Notes under the pieces: model-generated | Seen by the model: only the letters and a program-made list of their open reading frames with translations | Database searches by the model: none | What the model was told of the DNA's origin: nothing | Virus record (IMG/VR): IMGVR_UViG_3300045988_177154 | Coordinates: 128,001-192,000 of that record | DNA from: a virus | DNA: 64,000 nt | Strand: one strand, 5' to 3' | Position numbers and translations under genes: made by a program | Part shown: positions 27,971 to 37,812 of the stretch, piece by piece | How the letters are laid out: every line of letters starts with the position of its first letter | How positions within the stretch are numbered: position 1 is the stretch's first letter

Positions 27971-28909
27971 ATGAGTCAAATGCACATTGGAAGTAGAGGT
28001 GTGCCTATGAAATGTGTGGCACAACCAGGCAAATGCCCGAAAGCACCAGGTATTGGGCACTTTGAGAAAGTGGAACAAGCTCAAGAATTTGCAGACCGCT
28101 TAAACGAATTAGAAGCGAACGGGTTTACTTATAAAGATGTTCCAAAAGAAGATATTAGCAAGCTTGATAATGCACAACTAATCCTTGTTCAAAAGGAATT
28201 GAATGCTCACAAATCGGAATATGAAGATTACAAGCAACGTATCAAATGGCGTAAGGAAGTTAGGTCAAAAGCCCAACGTGAAATGAAATCTATTATTGAT
28301 GATAATAATAGTCAAATTGCAAGAGTAGTACAAGCTAATAATTTAACTGCACAAGCTCGTAGAGCATGGAAAAATGCAGAGGGTGAAGAAAGAAAAGCTG
28401 CTTATACTCAATATAAAGAAGCATTAGCAAATAGTAATGCTATCTATCAAGAAGCAAGTGAAATCACAAAAACTAATCAAGAAAATTTTGCTAAATTAGT
28501 AGATAAGAAAGAGAAAGCAGAAACAGAGCTACAAGAATTTATGGAAGCAAGAGCTGTTCAATCAAGTGAAAAGAATTATGCTATTAACGTAGATGCTGAA
28601 GTAGATAAACGTGAAATGGAGAAAATTGAAGGCTCAGTGGAATCGTCTAAAGAGGAAGCTCCTAAAAGTAGCCAAAGTAGCAGAGTGCTTAATGAGAAAC
28701 AAATGAAATTAGTAAGCAGATTGCTAGAAACAGCAGGGCTTGACAAAAAATTAGCAAAAGGATTACAAGAAAATTCTACAAAAGATGCTCCATTACACAA
28801 TCGAGCTGGAAAACATATTGGTCATGAATATGTTTACGAAATGCCAGATTATACTGCAGTCATTCAAGTAGATAAGAAAAATACTATCCAAGATTTCATG
28901 TACTATTAA
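27971..28909 (+). CDS. CKN-module protein 1: N-terminal Cys/His module plus a long K/E/Q-rich coiled coil
   Basis: MSQMHIGSRGVPMKCVAQPGKCPKAPGIGHFEKVEQAQEFADRLNE aligns with the N-termini of the 33658, 53826 and 45319(-) products. Confidence 0.75.
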   Translation: MSQMHIGSRGVPMKCVAQPGKCPKAPGIGHFEKVEQAQEFADRLNELEANGFTYKDVPKEDISKLDNAQLILVQKELNAHKSEYEDYKQRIKWRKEVRSKAQREMKSIIDDNNSQIARVVQANNLTAQARRAWKNAEGEERKAAYTQYKEALANSNAIYQEASEITKTNQENFAKLVDKKEKAETELQEFMEARAVQSSEKNYAINVDAEVDKREMEKIEGSVESSKEEAPKSSQSSRVLNEKQMKLVSRLLETAGLDKKLAKGLQENSTKDAPLHNRAGKHIGHEYVYEMPDYTAVIQVDKKNTIQDFMYY

Positions 28910-28938
28910 AAGAGGTGTTTTCACCTCTTTTATTTTTT
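28908..28938 (+). terminator. Rho-independent terminator
   Basis: AGAGGTG / CACCTCT stem followed by a T-run. Confidence 0.75.
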
Positions 28939-28957
28939 GGAATAATATAACTATAAG
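28939..28957 (+). promoter_or_regulatory. Conserved box GGAATAATATAACTATAAG (copy c)
   Basis: Exact 19-mer, directly after a terminator T-run and about 70 nt upstream of the SPFH gene. Confidence 0.55.
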
Positions 28958-29028
28958 AGTTGAAAAAGATATTTAAACTCATTAAATCATGCTTAAGAAA
29001 TTAAGCTATATTAAAGGAGAAAAAGATT

Positions 29029-29925
29029 ATGCCCTTTTTTATAATTTTTTTAATTATTGCTATTGCAGTACTTGCATTTTTCTTCTCAACTTACTACATT
29101 GTACCACAAGGAAGTGTAGCAATTGTTGAAAGATTAGGTAAATACCACAAAACTTCAACAGCTGGTTTACATTTCTGTTTGCCTTTAGGAATTGATAAAG
29201 TTGCTATTAAATTACCACTTCGTATGCAACAAGAAGAAATGGCAGTAGAAACAAAAACTAAAGATAATGTGTTCGTAGTTATGGCTATTGCTACACAATA
29301 CAGAGTTTCAGAAAATAATGTAACAGATGCTTTCTATAAATTGCTTCGTCCTAAAGCACAAATTCAATCTTACATTGAAGATGCTTTAAGAAACGCTGTT
29401 CCAAAATTAACTCTTGATGAACTTTTTGAAAAGAAAGATGAAATCGCTCTTGAAGTTCAAAAACAAGTTGCTGAAGAAATGTCAACATACGGTTACATAA
29501 TTGTTAAAACACTTATTACAAGAGTTGAACCTGACGCTGAAGTTAAACAATCAATGAACGAAATCAACGCAGCTCAACGTAAAAGAATGGCTGCTCAAGA
29601 ATTAGCAGAAGCAGATAAAATTAAAATTGTTACTGCAGCTGAAGCAGAAGCAGAAAAAGATAGATTACATGGTGTTGGTATTGCGAACCAACGTAAAGCT
29701 ATTGTTGATGGTTTAGCAGAATCTGTAAAAGAATTAAAAGACTCTAATATGCAATTAACTGAAGAATCAATTATGAGTATTCTATTAGTCAACCAATACT
29801 TAGACAGTTTAAATAATTTTGCCAAAGGAAATAACAGTACTATCTTCTTACCTTCAAATCCTACTGGAATTGAAGATATTAGAACTCAAATGCTAAGTGC
29901 ATTAGCAACAGATAAAAATAAATAA
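29029..29925 (+). CDS. SPFH/band-7 (stomatin/prohibitin-like) membrane protein
   Basis: N-terminal TM helix. YIVPQGSVAIVERLGKYHKT..GLHF and an A/E-rich coiled-coil tail are typical of the SPFH domain. Confidence 0.8.
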   Translation: MPFFIIFLIIAIAVLAFFFSTYYIVPQGSVAIVERLGKYHKTSTAGLHFCLPLGIDKVAIKLPLRMQQEEMAVETKTKDNVFVVMAIATQYRVSENNVTDAFYKLLRPKAQIQSYIEDALRNAVPKLTLDELFEKKDEIALEVQKQVAEEMSTYGYIIVKTLITRVEPDAEVKQSMNEINAAQRKRMAAQELAEADKIKIVTAAEAEAEKDRLHGVGIANQRKAIVDGLAESVKELKDSNMQLTEESIMSILLVNQYLDSLNNFAKGNNSTIFLPSNPTGIEDIRTQMLSALATDKNK

Positions 29926-29980
29926 AATTTTAGAAAAAGCACAAAAAATTGTGCTTTTTTCTTAGTTTAGCTTAGAAAGT

Positions 29981-29999
29981 GGAATAATATATAATAAAG
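29981..29999 (+). promoter_or_regulatory. Conserved box variant GGAATAATATATAATAAAG (copy d)
   Basis: Follows the terminator hairpin AAAGCACAAAAAATTGTGCTTTT. Lies 27 nt upstream of the HNH gene start. Confidence 0.5.
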
Positions 30000-30025
30000 A
30001 ACTCAAAATAGAAAGAATTGGTAAT

Positions 30026-30985
30026 ATGAAAAATTATAAATTATTCCAACAATTAACTGAAGAACAAAAGACTAAATATGTAGTAACTTCAAAATCTACG
30101 GACAATTATCCACATTTGTATAGTCCATCAAATTCTTCTTCACAATCAAGATATTTCTCTGAACGTATTGAAGGTGGGATGGGTGCAACTTTAAAAAGGG
30201 ATATTTGCCGTTATGCTATTTTCTTAACTCGAGGAAAATGTGCTTATTGTGGAGATACACTTATCAATTTAAAAAATGGTGAGAAATATGGAAGTAAAGA
30301 TTTGAATTGGGACCATATTAAACCAGCTTCAAAATGTAACATTCTAACTTATGGAAATGTATTGCTTTCATGTTCCGATTGTAACATTAAGAAAAGTGAT
30401 AAAGATACATTAACTTGGTTCAAAGAACAATTAGACAATGATGAGTTCCCTAATGCTTTGTTTACTTATAAAGAATTTGAAACTCTATTAAAACAAGAAT
30501 TTGAACAATATGCAAAAGATTATCCTTGGGCTAAATTAGTCAACTCAGACTACTTCCACAGCCCAAAAAACAATGATGAAAGAGATTTGACTCTTATAGC
30601 AATTCTTCAAGGAATGGGAATTTCCATTTTCCCTCCAATTTCTGTAAACAATTACAGGTGTTCAGCTGTCTTTAAGAATGAGCTTAATATTTTAATTGAA
30701 AAAGTTCCAGAGATTGCCAAACCTGAAAATTTCAAACTTGCAGAAAGATATTTCTTCAACAATTTTGGATATACTGAAACATTTCTGAAAGAAGATTTAA
30801 TCGACTCATTATTAGATTATAATAATTTTATTTTTGCATTTGAAGTGTTTCTTTCAAATCTTAATCAACACACTTATTCTAAAGTAAAAAAATTTGCTGA
30901 AACTATTATCGAATATTACTTCAAAAAAGATTATAAATTTCCAAGTTATAAAAAACGAATTATTTATTTGAAAGACATTGATTAA
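30026..30985 (+). CDS. HNH endonuclease-domain protein with a ~190-aa C-terminal extension
   Basis: CAYCGDTL...LNWDHIKPASK...NVLLSCSDCNIKKSDK matches the HNH/CCHH pattern. Confidence 0.75.
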   Translation: MKNYKLFQQLTEEQKTKYVVTSKSTDNYPHLYSPSNSSSQSRYFSERIEGGMGATLKRDICRYAIFLTRGKCAYCGDTLINLKNGEKYGSKDLNWDHIKPASKCNILTYGNVLLSCSDCNIKKSDKDTLTWFKEQLDNDEFPNALFTYKEFETLLKQEFEQYAKDYPWAKLVNSDYFHSPKNNDERDLTLIAILQGMGISIFPPISVNNYRCSAVFKNELNILIEKVPEIAKPENFKLAERYFFNNFGYTETFLKEDLIDSLLDYNNFIFAFEVFLSNLNQHTYSKVKKFAETIIEYYFKKDYKFPSYKKRIIYLKDID

Positions 30986-31018
30986 GAGTACTTATATAAG
31001 TGCTCTTTTCTCTTTTAT

Positions 31019-31047
31019 TTGACTATTTAAGAAAAATATTGTATAAT
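31019..31047 (+). promoter_or_regulatory. Sigma-70-type promoter
   Basis: TTGACT, 17-nt spacer, TATAAT. Confidence 0.65.
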
Positions 31048-31076
31048 AACTTAAATAACCTTTAGAAAGGGTAACA

Positions 31077-31430
31077 ATGGACGATAAAAACATTTTACTT
31101 ATAGAGATTATAAGTACTTTATTCGTGGCTAAACTCGTTGAACAAAAAATGTTAAATAGAACAGAGATTAAAGATTCATTTGAAGCTTTAGTTGATTATC
31201 AAAATGAATTATATGGAGCAGATTATGAAATTATATTAGATGAAAAAGATTGCTCGTTAAATCTACATTCATATTTAGATAGCATTAAAATCACTGCTAG
31301 ACTCATCAACCAGTTAATTCCCTTAACTCAAAAAGAAGAAGATAAGCACTTCCTTAGACAAATTAAATGGAATTTTGCTGACGAAGTTAAGTTTATTAAA
31401 AGCACCTTAAAAAATCAATTGGGTGAATAA
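31077..31430 (+). CDS. Hypothetical protein
   Basis: 117-aa ORF with an AAAGGG RBS. Confidence 0.6.
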   Translation: MDDKNILLIEIISTLFVAKLVEQKMLNRTEIKDSFEALVDYQNELYGADYEIILDEKDCSLNLHSYLDSIKITARLINQLIPLTQKEEDKHFLRQIKWNFADEVKFIKSTLKNQLGE

Positions 31431-31548
31431 CGCTAAATCAGTTTAAGGGTTGTTATATCGTCATATAAGCAACGCTAAAACAGTTAAAATTAACTTTCGA
31501 TACATTTATCGACTTTGAAGTAAAACAGCTCAAAACAGCTTAAACTTA
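31431..31548 (-). repeat. IGR-120 intergenic repeat, copy R5 (reverse)
   Basis: GGGTTGTTATATCGTCATATAAGCAACGCTAAAACAG is shared with R3. Palindrome TCGATACATTTATCGA, then AAAACAGCTCAAAACAGCTTAAAC. Confidence 0.85.
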
Positions 31549-31566
31549 AATAGAAAAGAGAATAAA

Positions 31567-32292
31567 ATGAAAAAACAAATTGCAGCCTTTTTTGACATTG
31601 ACGGAACAATTTATAGAGACTCATTAGTAACAGAGCTTTATAAAAAATTGCTTAAATATGAAATCATTCCACAAGAGGAATATATTAAACAAGTTAAAGA
31701 ACCATTAACTGCTTGGAAAAATCGCCAAGTTAGTTATGAAGATTATTTAGAAGCACTTACTGAAAACTTCTCAACAACAATTAAAGGATTAACTAAGGCT
31801 CAGATTGATTTTGTTACTGACCAAGTAATGAAATTAAGCTCAGATAAAGTTTATACTTATACTCGTGATAAAATCAATAATCATAAAGAACAAGGACATA
31901 TGGTTATCTTTATTTCAGGTTCGCCAGATTTTATTGTATCACGCATGGGAGAAAAATATAATGCTGATTTGGCAATTGGCTCTGGTTATGAATTTAAGAA
32001 AGATTTATTTACTGGAAAGATTAAACCAATGTGGACTTCACGAGCAAAAAATAAAAAAATCAATGAACTTGTTGAAGAATATAATATTGATTTAGAAAAT
32101 AGCTTTGCTTATGGAGATACAAACGGAGATACTTTAATGCTTTCTAAAGTTGGAAATCCTATTGCTATCAATCCTAATAAAGAATTGCTTGCTAATATTA
32201 TGAAATTGAAAGATAATAGTCATTATAAAATTATTGTTGAACGTAAAGACTCAATTTACAATTTAACACCAGATATGCTAAAAGATATTTAA
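31567..32292 (+). CDS. HAD-superfamily hydrolase, subfamily IB (SerB-like)
   Basis: Motif I AAFFDIDGTIY, motif IV YGDTNGDTLML, helical cap between them. Confidence 0.7.
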   Translation: MKKQIAAFFDIDGTIYRDSLVTELYKKLLKYEIIPQEEYIKQVKEPLTAWKNRQVSYEDYLEALTENFSTTIKGLTKAQIDFVTDQVMKLSSDKVYTYTRDKINNHKEQGHMVIFISGSPDFIVSRMGEKYNADLAIGSGYEFKKDLFTGKIKPMWTSRAKNKKINELVEEYNIDLENSFAYGDTNGDTLMLSKVGNPIAINPNKELLANIMKLKDNSHYKIIVERKDSIYNLTPDMLKDI

Positions 32293-32318
32293 TTTAAAAA
32301 CTATAAGGAGCTAATCTT

Positions 32319-32657
32319 ATGACTCAATCATTTGACATGAAACATTTTGTACAAGATGTTTTTACTTATATAACAGGCAATCCTAAAATTCTTTCAATTC
32401 TTATCTCACTTGTTTTCTTGTTTATCTTGTATGTGATTATTAAGAAATTTATTAGGAAGCTTTCATCTGCTGTAAAATATTACTTTTATAGCTCAATTGG
32501 GCTATCATCTGTCAATATTTTAACTACAATCCTATCTTACTTTACAATTACATTACCATTTGGAATTAGTAGCATTTTACTTAACTCTGGTAGTTTAATT
32601 ACTCTATTGATTGGATTATGGAAAATGAAAAAGGAGCTTGAACAACTTGGCATTTAA
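32319..32657 (+). CDS. Small membrane protein
   Basis: 112 aa with three hydrophobic helices. AGGAG RBS. Confidence 0.6.
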   Translation: MTQSFDMKHFVQDVFTYITGNPKILSILISLVFLFILYVIIKKFIRKLSSAVKYYFYSSIGLSSVNILTTILSYFTITLPFGISSILLNSGSLITLLIGLWKMKKELEQLGI

Positions 32658-33252
32658 TCTTGACTTATTCTATGAAGAAATACTAAATAAAGAGTCAGTT
32701 AACTTTTATATTTATGTAGAAGATATGAAGTCAGGTATTAACTTAACAAAATCAATGCCGACTCTTACTGCCCTCTTAAATTGGGATTACAATTGTATTC
32801 TTGATTTACAAAACGATTATCAATCTGGCTTGTATGAAGATAATAGAGTTTTTGAAATGGTTCATAATGAAGTCTTTGAAATTGTCAATTTTGATGAAAT
32901 TGAAGAAAATAGAGCTATTATTAACAATTTAACTCAAGAAGATTATGAGAATGGTTATTCTTGGATTGATGAAAATAATATTATCTTATTAGCAAGTTCT
33001 AAATGTGAAGATAATGAACTAGATTTTAAAGAATATGCTAAAGATAGAAGAAAGGAATTGAGCATAGCTATTTATACTTTAATTACTATATTTGTAGCTG
33101 TTTCAATTATTTATGGTGTGTTTGTTTTTAATCTAGGAAGTCTATCTTCAATGATTATTTTTGGCTTAATTTATTTAATCATTTCTTACTTTGTGTTTTT
33201 AAAAATAAAAGAGCCAATTGATTTAAAAAAGAAATTAAAAAATGGATTATAG
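32638..33252 (+). CDS. Hypothetical protein with two C-terminal TM helices (start uncertain)
   Basis: The track start is a TTG too close to the AGGAG at 32630. The next in-frame ATG is 30 codons downstream. Confidence 0.5.
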   Translation: MNNLAFNLDLFYEEILNKESVNFYIYVEDMKSGINLTKSMPTLTALLNWDYNCILDLQNDYQSGLYEDNRVFEMVHNEVFEIVNFDEIEENRAIINNLTQEDYENGYSWIDENNIILLASSKCEDNELDFKEYAKDRRKELSIAIYTLITIFVAVSIIYGVFVFNLGSLSSMIIFGLIYLIISYFVFLKIKEPIDLKKKLKNGL

Positions 33253-33349
33253 AAAAGAACTTAATCTAAAAATAATAACTTTGTATTGAAAACAATTTAA
33301 AAATTTGTTATAATAGTAAAAATGAACTCAATAGAAAGGAGATGAAAAT

Positions 33350-33559
33350 ATGAACTTCGATTTTGCAAAACCAAATCTTGATGATAAAGTACTTAAATAT
33401 GTTTCCATGGCAGAATCTATTGCCAAAATGGGTAAAAACTATGACAAAGACTCTATCATTAAGGAACTAAAGGATACTAAGGACTATAAGAATAATACTC
33501 TTACAGACTTGGATATTGAAAAAATTGTAGAAATTCTAAAAGATAGAAAAATCTTTTAA
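33350..33559 (+). CDS. Hypothetical protein
   Basis: 69-aa ORF with an AGGAG RBS and a downstream terminator (AAAAGAACTAAATTTTAGTTCTTTT). Confidence 0.55.
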   Translation: MNFDFAKPNLDDKVLKYVSMAESIAKMGKNYDKDSIIKELKDTKDYKNNTLTDLDIEKIVEILKDRKIF

Positions 33560-33657
33560 TAGCCTAAATAAAAGAACTAAATTTTAGTTCTTTTATTTTT
33601 TATCCTACCGGTTTGATATAACTTCTTAAATAAAACAATAAAGGATAGGATAGATAA

Positions 33658-34320
33658 ATGAGTAAAAAATACCACATTTCAAAAAATGGAATACCTGCAG
33701 TGTGTCATGCTCAACCGGGTAAATGCCCTATAGGTGGTAATGATGTTCACTTTGATTCTGTTGAAAAAGCTCAAGAATATGCAGATTATCAAAATCATTT
33801 CGAAGCACTGACTGAAAATCTTAATGCGACAGATACCCCGTCTGACCCTATGTATGACATTGTTAGGACAGATAGAGCACAATTAAATCTAAATATGAAA
33901 GGCTCTCAAGTTTATGTTGATACTGTTGATAATGTATTAAGTACAACTTCTGAACCAGATGGCGGAAGTACTTATAATCCTTATGTAAAAACTTCTCCAC
34001 AAGTTGGCTTCTGTTATTCACCTTATCCAGAGCGTTCAGTAGAATTTAGTTCTGTTGATGATTTGACATTAAGCACTTATGACGAATATTGTGAGCAAAA
34101 CAAAGACTTACTTAGTAAAGATAATCATTATGTAGGAACATGGCATGACCCAGCTACAGGTAAAATTTATCTTGATGTATCTATAAATACTATGGATGCT
34201 AAAGAAGCAAGAAAACAATGTGAAGATAATGACCAAATCGCTTACTTTGATTTACAAGATTTTACTTCTGTAACAGTTAATCAAAACGCTACAAGTGGTC
34301 AATCACCTCAAAAAGAATAA
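33658..34320 (+). CDS. CKN-module protein 2: N-terminal Cys/His module plus a ~170-aa globular domain of unknown function
   Basis: MSKKYHISKNGIPAVCHAQPGKCPIGGNDVHFDSVEKAQEYADYQN. The C-terminal domain contains GTWHDPATGKIYLDVS. Confidence 0.75.
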   Translation: MSKKYHISKNGIPAVCHAQPGKCPIGGNDVHFDSVEKAQEYADYQNHFEALTENLNATDTPSDPMYDIVRTDRAQLNLNMKGSQVYVDTVDNVLSTTSEPDGGSTYNPYVKTSPQVGFCYSPYPERSVEFSSVDDLTLSTYDEYCEQNKDLLSKDNHYVGTWHDPATGKIYLDVSINTMDAKEARKQCEDNDQIAYFDLQDFTSVTVNQNATSGQSPQKE

Positions 34321-34329
34321 ACTTTTCTA

Positions 34330-34358
34330 TTGACAAGTATTATTTCTTGTTGTATAAT
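34330..34358 (+). promoter_or_regulatory. Sigma-70-type promoter
   Basis: TTGACA, 17-nt spacer, TATAAT, followed by ATAACTATAAA, which matches the downstream half of the conserved box. Confidence 0.7.
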
Positions 34359-34399
34359 ATAACTATAAAAACAATAAAGAAGAAAAGAGAATAATAGAT

Positions 34400-34648
34400 A
34401 TGAAACAAGAAATCCAAACACAATTACTTAATTTGTCAGAAGAAAAACAAAAAGAACTATATGAACTTACTGTTGCTGTAAGAACTCAATTGGCAAAAGA
34501 AAACAAAAATAAAAAATTGAGCTTAACTTATATGAATCTAAAAAACAAACGTAATGAGTTCATTAGAATCAATATGCCTAATATTGAACGAATTGACCGT
34601 GTGGTAGTTGGAACAATTTGGGCTACACTTTACAATAAATTTTATTAA
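34400..34648 (+). CDS. Hypothetical protein
   Basis: 82-aa ORF with its own promoter. Confidence 0.55.
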   Translation: MKQEIQTQLLNLSEEKQKELYELTVAVRTQLAKENKNKKLSLTYMNLKNKRNEFIRINMPNIERIDRVVVGTIWATLYNKFY

Positions 34649-34702
34649 AAAAGCTTTTTAACACAAAGCTTTTTTATTTTAAATAAAAAGGAGTAATATT
34701 AT

Positions 34703-35554
34703 ATGACTTTGCTAGACGGGAAAGCAGTTGCTAAAAAAATTCAAGAAGAATTAAAAGAAAAAATTAAAAATGAACCACGTAAACCAATCTTAACAGTTAT
34801 TATGGTTGAATCTGAAAAATCAGGCCCTAGTCAAATCTATGTAAGAAATAAAATCAAAGCTGCTGAAGAAGTAGGAATTGATGTTAGCGTTATTAACATT
34901 CCTAAAACAGTTGAAGAAGATGATTTGATTAAATTTATCGGTGCGTATAATGAACGTTTATATTTAACAGATGGGCTTATTGTTCAATTACCATTACCCG
35001 ACCATATTAACGAACATAAAGTTTTAAATTCTATTAGTCCTCGTTTAGATGTAGATGGCTTTCATGCCCAAAATGCTGGATTAACTCTTGCTGGTAAAGA
35101 TTGTATGAAACCTTGTACTGCTTATGGAATTATGCGATTATTAGAAGCTTATAACATTGATGTTACTGGAAAGAAAGTAAAAATTATTAACAGAAGTATG
35201 ATTGTTGGAAAACCACTTGCTTCATTGATGTTAAATAAAAATGCAACTGTTACTGTACTTCATAGTAAAAGTCTAAATATTAAAAAAGAATGTAGAACTG
35301 CTGACATTATTGTTACTGGAGTTGGTATTCCAAACTTTATTAAAGAAGATTACATTAAAAAGGGAGCAATTGTTGTTGATGTTTCAATCAATCGTGTTTA
35401 TGATGGCTTTGTTTCTAAAATTTGTGGTGATGTAGATTTTGAAAATGTAGCTCCTAAAACTTCATATATTACACCTGTACCTGGTGGAGTTGGCCCAATG
35501 ACTATTGCTATGCTCATGGAGCAAACTTACCAAGCTTATCTCAATAATAAATAA
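34703..35554 (+). CDS. folD: Bifunctional methylene-THF dehydrogenase / methenyl-THF cyclohydrolase
   Basis: LLDGKAVAKKIQEEL, SQIYVRNKIKAAEEVGI, VQLPLP, DVDGFH, PCTAYGIM, VINRSMIVGKPL, TPVPGGVGPMTIAMLM. Confidence 0.9.
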   Translation: MTLLDGKAVAKKIQEELKEKIKNEPRKPILTVIMVESEKSGPSQIYVRNKIKAAEEVGIDVSVINIPKTVEEDDLIKFIGAYNERLYLTDGLIVQLPLPDHINEHKVLNSISPRLDVDGFHAQNAGLTLAGKDCMKPCTAYGIMRLLEAYNIDVTGKKVKIINRSMIVGKPLASLMLNKNATVTVLHSKSLNIKKECRTADIIVTGVGIPNFIKEDYIKKGAIVVDVSINRVYDGFVSKICGDVDFENVAPKTSYITPVPGGVGPMTIAMLMEQTYQAYLNNK

Positions 35555-35583
35555 GAAATGCTTTAATTAGCATTTCTTATTTT
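35553..35583 (+). terminator. Rho-independent terminator of folD
   Basis: AAGAAATGC / GCATTTCTT stem followed by a T-run. Confidence 0.75.
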
Positions 35584-35692
35584 AAGCGATTTTAAGCAGT
35601 TTTTCTTTAAAGTCGATACATTTATCGAAATCACGATTTTAGGATTTTACTGTATTACTAATGACGATATAACAACCCTCAAAATCAGTTTT
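35580..35692 (+). repeat. IGR-120 intergenic repeat, copy R6 (forward)
   Basis: TTTTAAGCGATTTTAAGCAG, GTCGATACATTTATCGA, TACTAATGACGATATAACAACCCTCAAAATCAGTTT. Confidence 0.85.
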
Positions 35693-35717
35693 ATAAAAAA
35701 TATTTTTAACATTTTTA

Positions 35718-35746
35718 TTGACATTAGTCTAGTTATATAATATAAT
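35718..35746 (+). promoter_or_regulatory. Sigma-70-type promoter of the telA-like operon
   Basis: TTGACA, 17-nt spacer, TATAAT, followed by ATAATAGAC. Confidence 0.7.
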
Positions 35747-35779
35747 AGACACAAATATAAAAAAGAAAGTAGGACTACT

Positions 35780-36943
35780 ATGAATACTAAAGAGAAAGAA
35801 ACATTAGCATCGAATACAGAACTTGCTAAAGAAGTATTAGCAACTCAAATGCTAAATACAAACGTAGAAGAGCTTGATTATTCATTAGCGGCACTTAAAG
35901 AACAAGACCGTGTTAAAGCTGTTCAAATTATGAAAGACCTTGATGAAAATAATTACTCATCATTGGATAATTTTGGGCAAGATGTTTATGATAAAGTAAA
36001 CGTTAATGCTAACAATGTTCTTTCAAATGTTAGAGGTAAAGATATTTCCAACTTAGGTTTAGACCTAGACACATTGCTTGAGAAAGTTAACAGTATCTCA
36101 CCTAAAGATATTAACAAAGCTGACCCTAGCAAAGCATTGTTCAAAGATATTTTTGGTTTTGCTCGCCGACACTTGTATCGCCTGAAAAATCATTATAGCT
36201 CATTGGATAGTCAAGTAGATACAATTGCAGAAAGCTTAGAATTATCTGTTGCAGAATTGCAAAATGACAATCGTACTTATGAAGCTCTTAAAGAACAAGC
36301 AAAACAAACATTTGAAGAATTGAATGCTTATATTGCAGCTGGAGAAGCTAAAGTCCTTGAATTAGGTCATACAATTGATGAAACCAATAAATCTATTGAA
36401 AATGATAACACTTCTAATAAGATGAGTTTGACTACACAAACGACTTCTCTTGTAAATTATCAAACACGACTACGCAAAAAGACTCAAGATATGCGTAACT
36501 TACAATTCTATCTTGCGTTTATTCAATACCCATCAATCAGCCAATTGCAATCTGATAATGAATTGGTAATCAATAATATTCGTGATACAATTCAAAACGG
36601 ATTACCTATCTACAAAACTAACTTGACAACAATTCTTGGAGCACTACGTACTCGTAAAGCTATTGAACAAACAAAAGCTGTTCGTGAAGTTATCAATAAA
36701 CAAATTTCTCTTGCTGTAGATATGGTTCAAAAGAACGCCGAAGATATTTCAAAATCTGCTATGGAAACAACTATTGATACACAAGTAATTATTGACGCTG
36801 CTCGTAAAATGCAAGAAACTCATGAAAAACTATCTGCTGTTCGTAATGAAGCAGTCAAGGCATTTGATGAACAATCTAAGGCTTTGGAAGAAGCAACAAA
36901 TAAAATTAACAATCATTTGAAAATCGTTGGAGGAGCTAAATAA
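35780..36943 (+). CDS. TelA-like toxic-anion-resistance family protein
   Basis: 387-aa all-helical protein. Its length and layout (LDNFGQD early, long helical repeats) match my memory of TelA/YceH. No strict motif was checked. Confidence 0.55.
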   Translation: MNTKEKETLASNTELAKEVLATQMLNTNVEELDYSLAALKEQDRVKAVQIMKDLDENNYSSLDNFGQDVYDKVNVNANNVLSNVRGKDISNLGLDLDTLLEKVNSISPKDINKADPSKALFKDIFGFARRHLYRLKNHYSSLDSQVDTIAESLELSVAELQNDNRTYEALKEQAKQTFEELNAYIAAGEAKVLELGHTIDETNKSIENDNTSNKMSLTTQTTSLVNYQTRLRKKTQDMRNLQFYLAFIQYPSISQLQSDNELVINNIRDTIQNGLPIYKTNLTTILGALRTRKAIEQTKAVREVINKQISLAVDMVQKNAEDISKSAMETTIDTQVIIDAARKMQETHEKLSAVRNEAVKAFDEQSKALEEATNKINNHLKIVGGAK

Positions 36944-36945
36944 AA

Positions 36946-37812
36946 ATGGGAATGAATGATGTATTGACTTTGAATCTTGAAAATAAGAAGTATTATTGTT
37001 TTTATTGGAATAACCATCTTTATCAGATGAAAGATTTGAAGTCAATCTTCGGCCCCCAATTAACAACTTCTATTTTCTATGATTTAATTAACAATGATAA
37101 TGAAGAGGCTGCAGTAATTGTAGAAGAAGATACTATCAATTACTCAGTTCTTGACATTGAATCGTCTATTTTAGATTTCTTACCTAATGGAAAACAAACT
37201 TTAATTTACGAAGCTATGGCTAATGATGAATTAGAAGATTATGACAAACAACTAATCTATACTAATCATTTTAAATGTTTCAACTCCTTTGATTTGATTA
37301 AAGCAATGGTGGAAGTAAATGATAGTTATTTTAATTTCATGCTTGATGATTATATTAACAATCATGGAGCTTTCTTCCCTATTGAAATTTACTTCAATAA
37401 TGATAATAAAGAAATAACAATTAAAAATCCATTTCAAATTAACTCTTCAATTGAAGAAACTTTAAAACTAAAAGAAGATTTGAGTAATTTCTATATTGAA
37501 GAAAATCATCTTGGTAAAGAAATTGACGAATACCAAAAATATAAATCAACACAATTGCCTAATAAAGGTATTATCCAATTAACTGAATTTGTCTTAAATA
37601 CAGAAAAAGAAAACTCTGTTTTTGATTATGAAAATCTATTCTATAAACAATTGCCGTCATTGGTGTTGCTAAGAAGTCGTGATTCTTTAGAAACAAATAT
37701 TACTGCTTATCAAGCTGAAACAAAAATTTGCTTGGAATTTGCTAAAAAAATTTATGAAAGCATTTCAAGAGAACTAAAATATATTAAACTTATTCAAGAG
37801 AGGTATTTGTGA
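36946..37812 (+). CDS. Hypothetical protein (telA-like operon gene 2)
   Basis: 288-aa ORF starting 3 nt after the telA-like stop. GGAGGAG RBS. Confidence 0.65.
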   Translation: MGMNDVLTLNLENKKYYCFYWNNHLYQMKDLKSIFGPQLTTSIFYDLINNDNEEAAVIVEEDTINYSVLDIESSILDFLPNGKQTLIYEAMANDELEDYDKQLIYTNHFKCFNSFDLIKAMVEVNDSYFNFMLDDYINNHGAFFPIEIYFNNDNKEITIKNPFQINSSIEETLKLKEDLSNFYIEENHLGKEIDEYQKYKSTQLPNKGIIQLTEFVLNTEKENSVFDYENLFYKQLPSLVLLRSRDSLETNITAYQAETKICLEFAKKIYESISRELKYIKLIQERYL

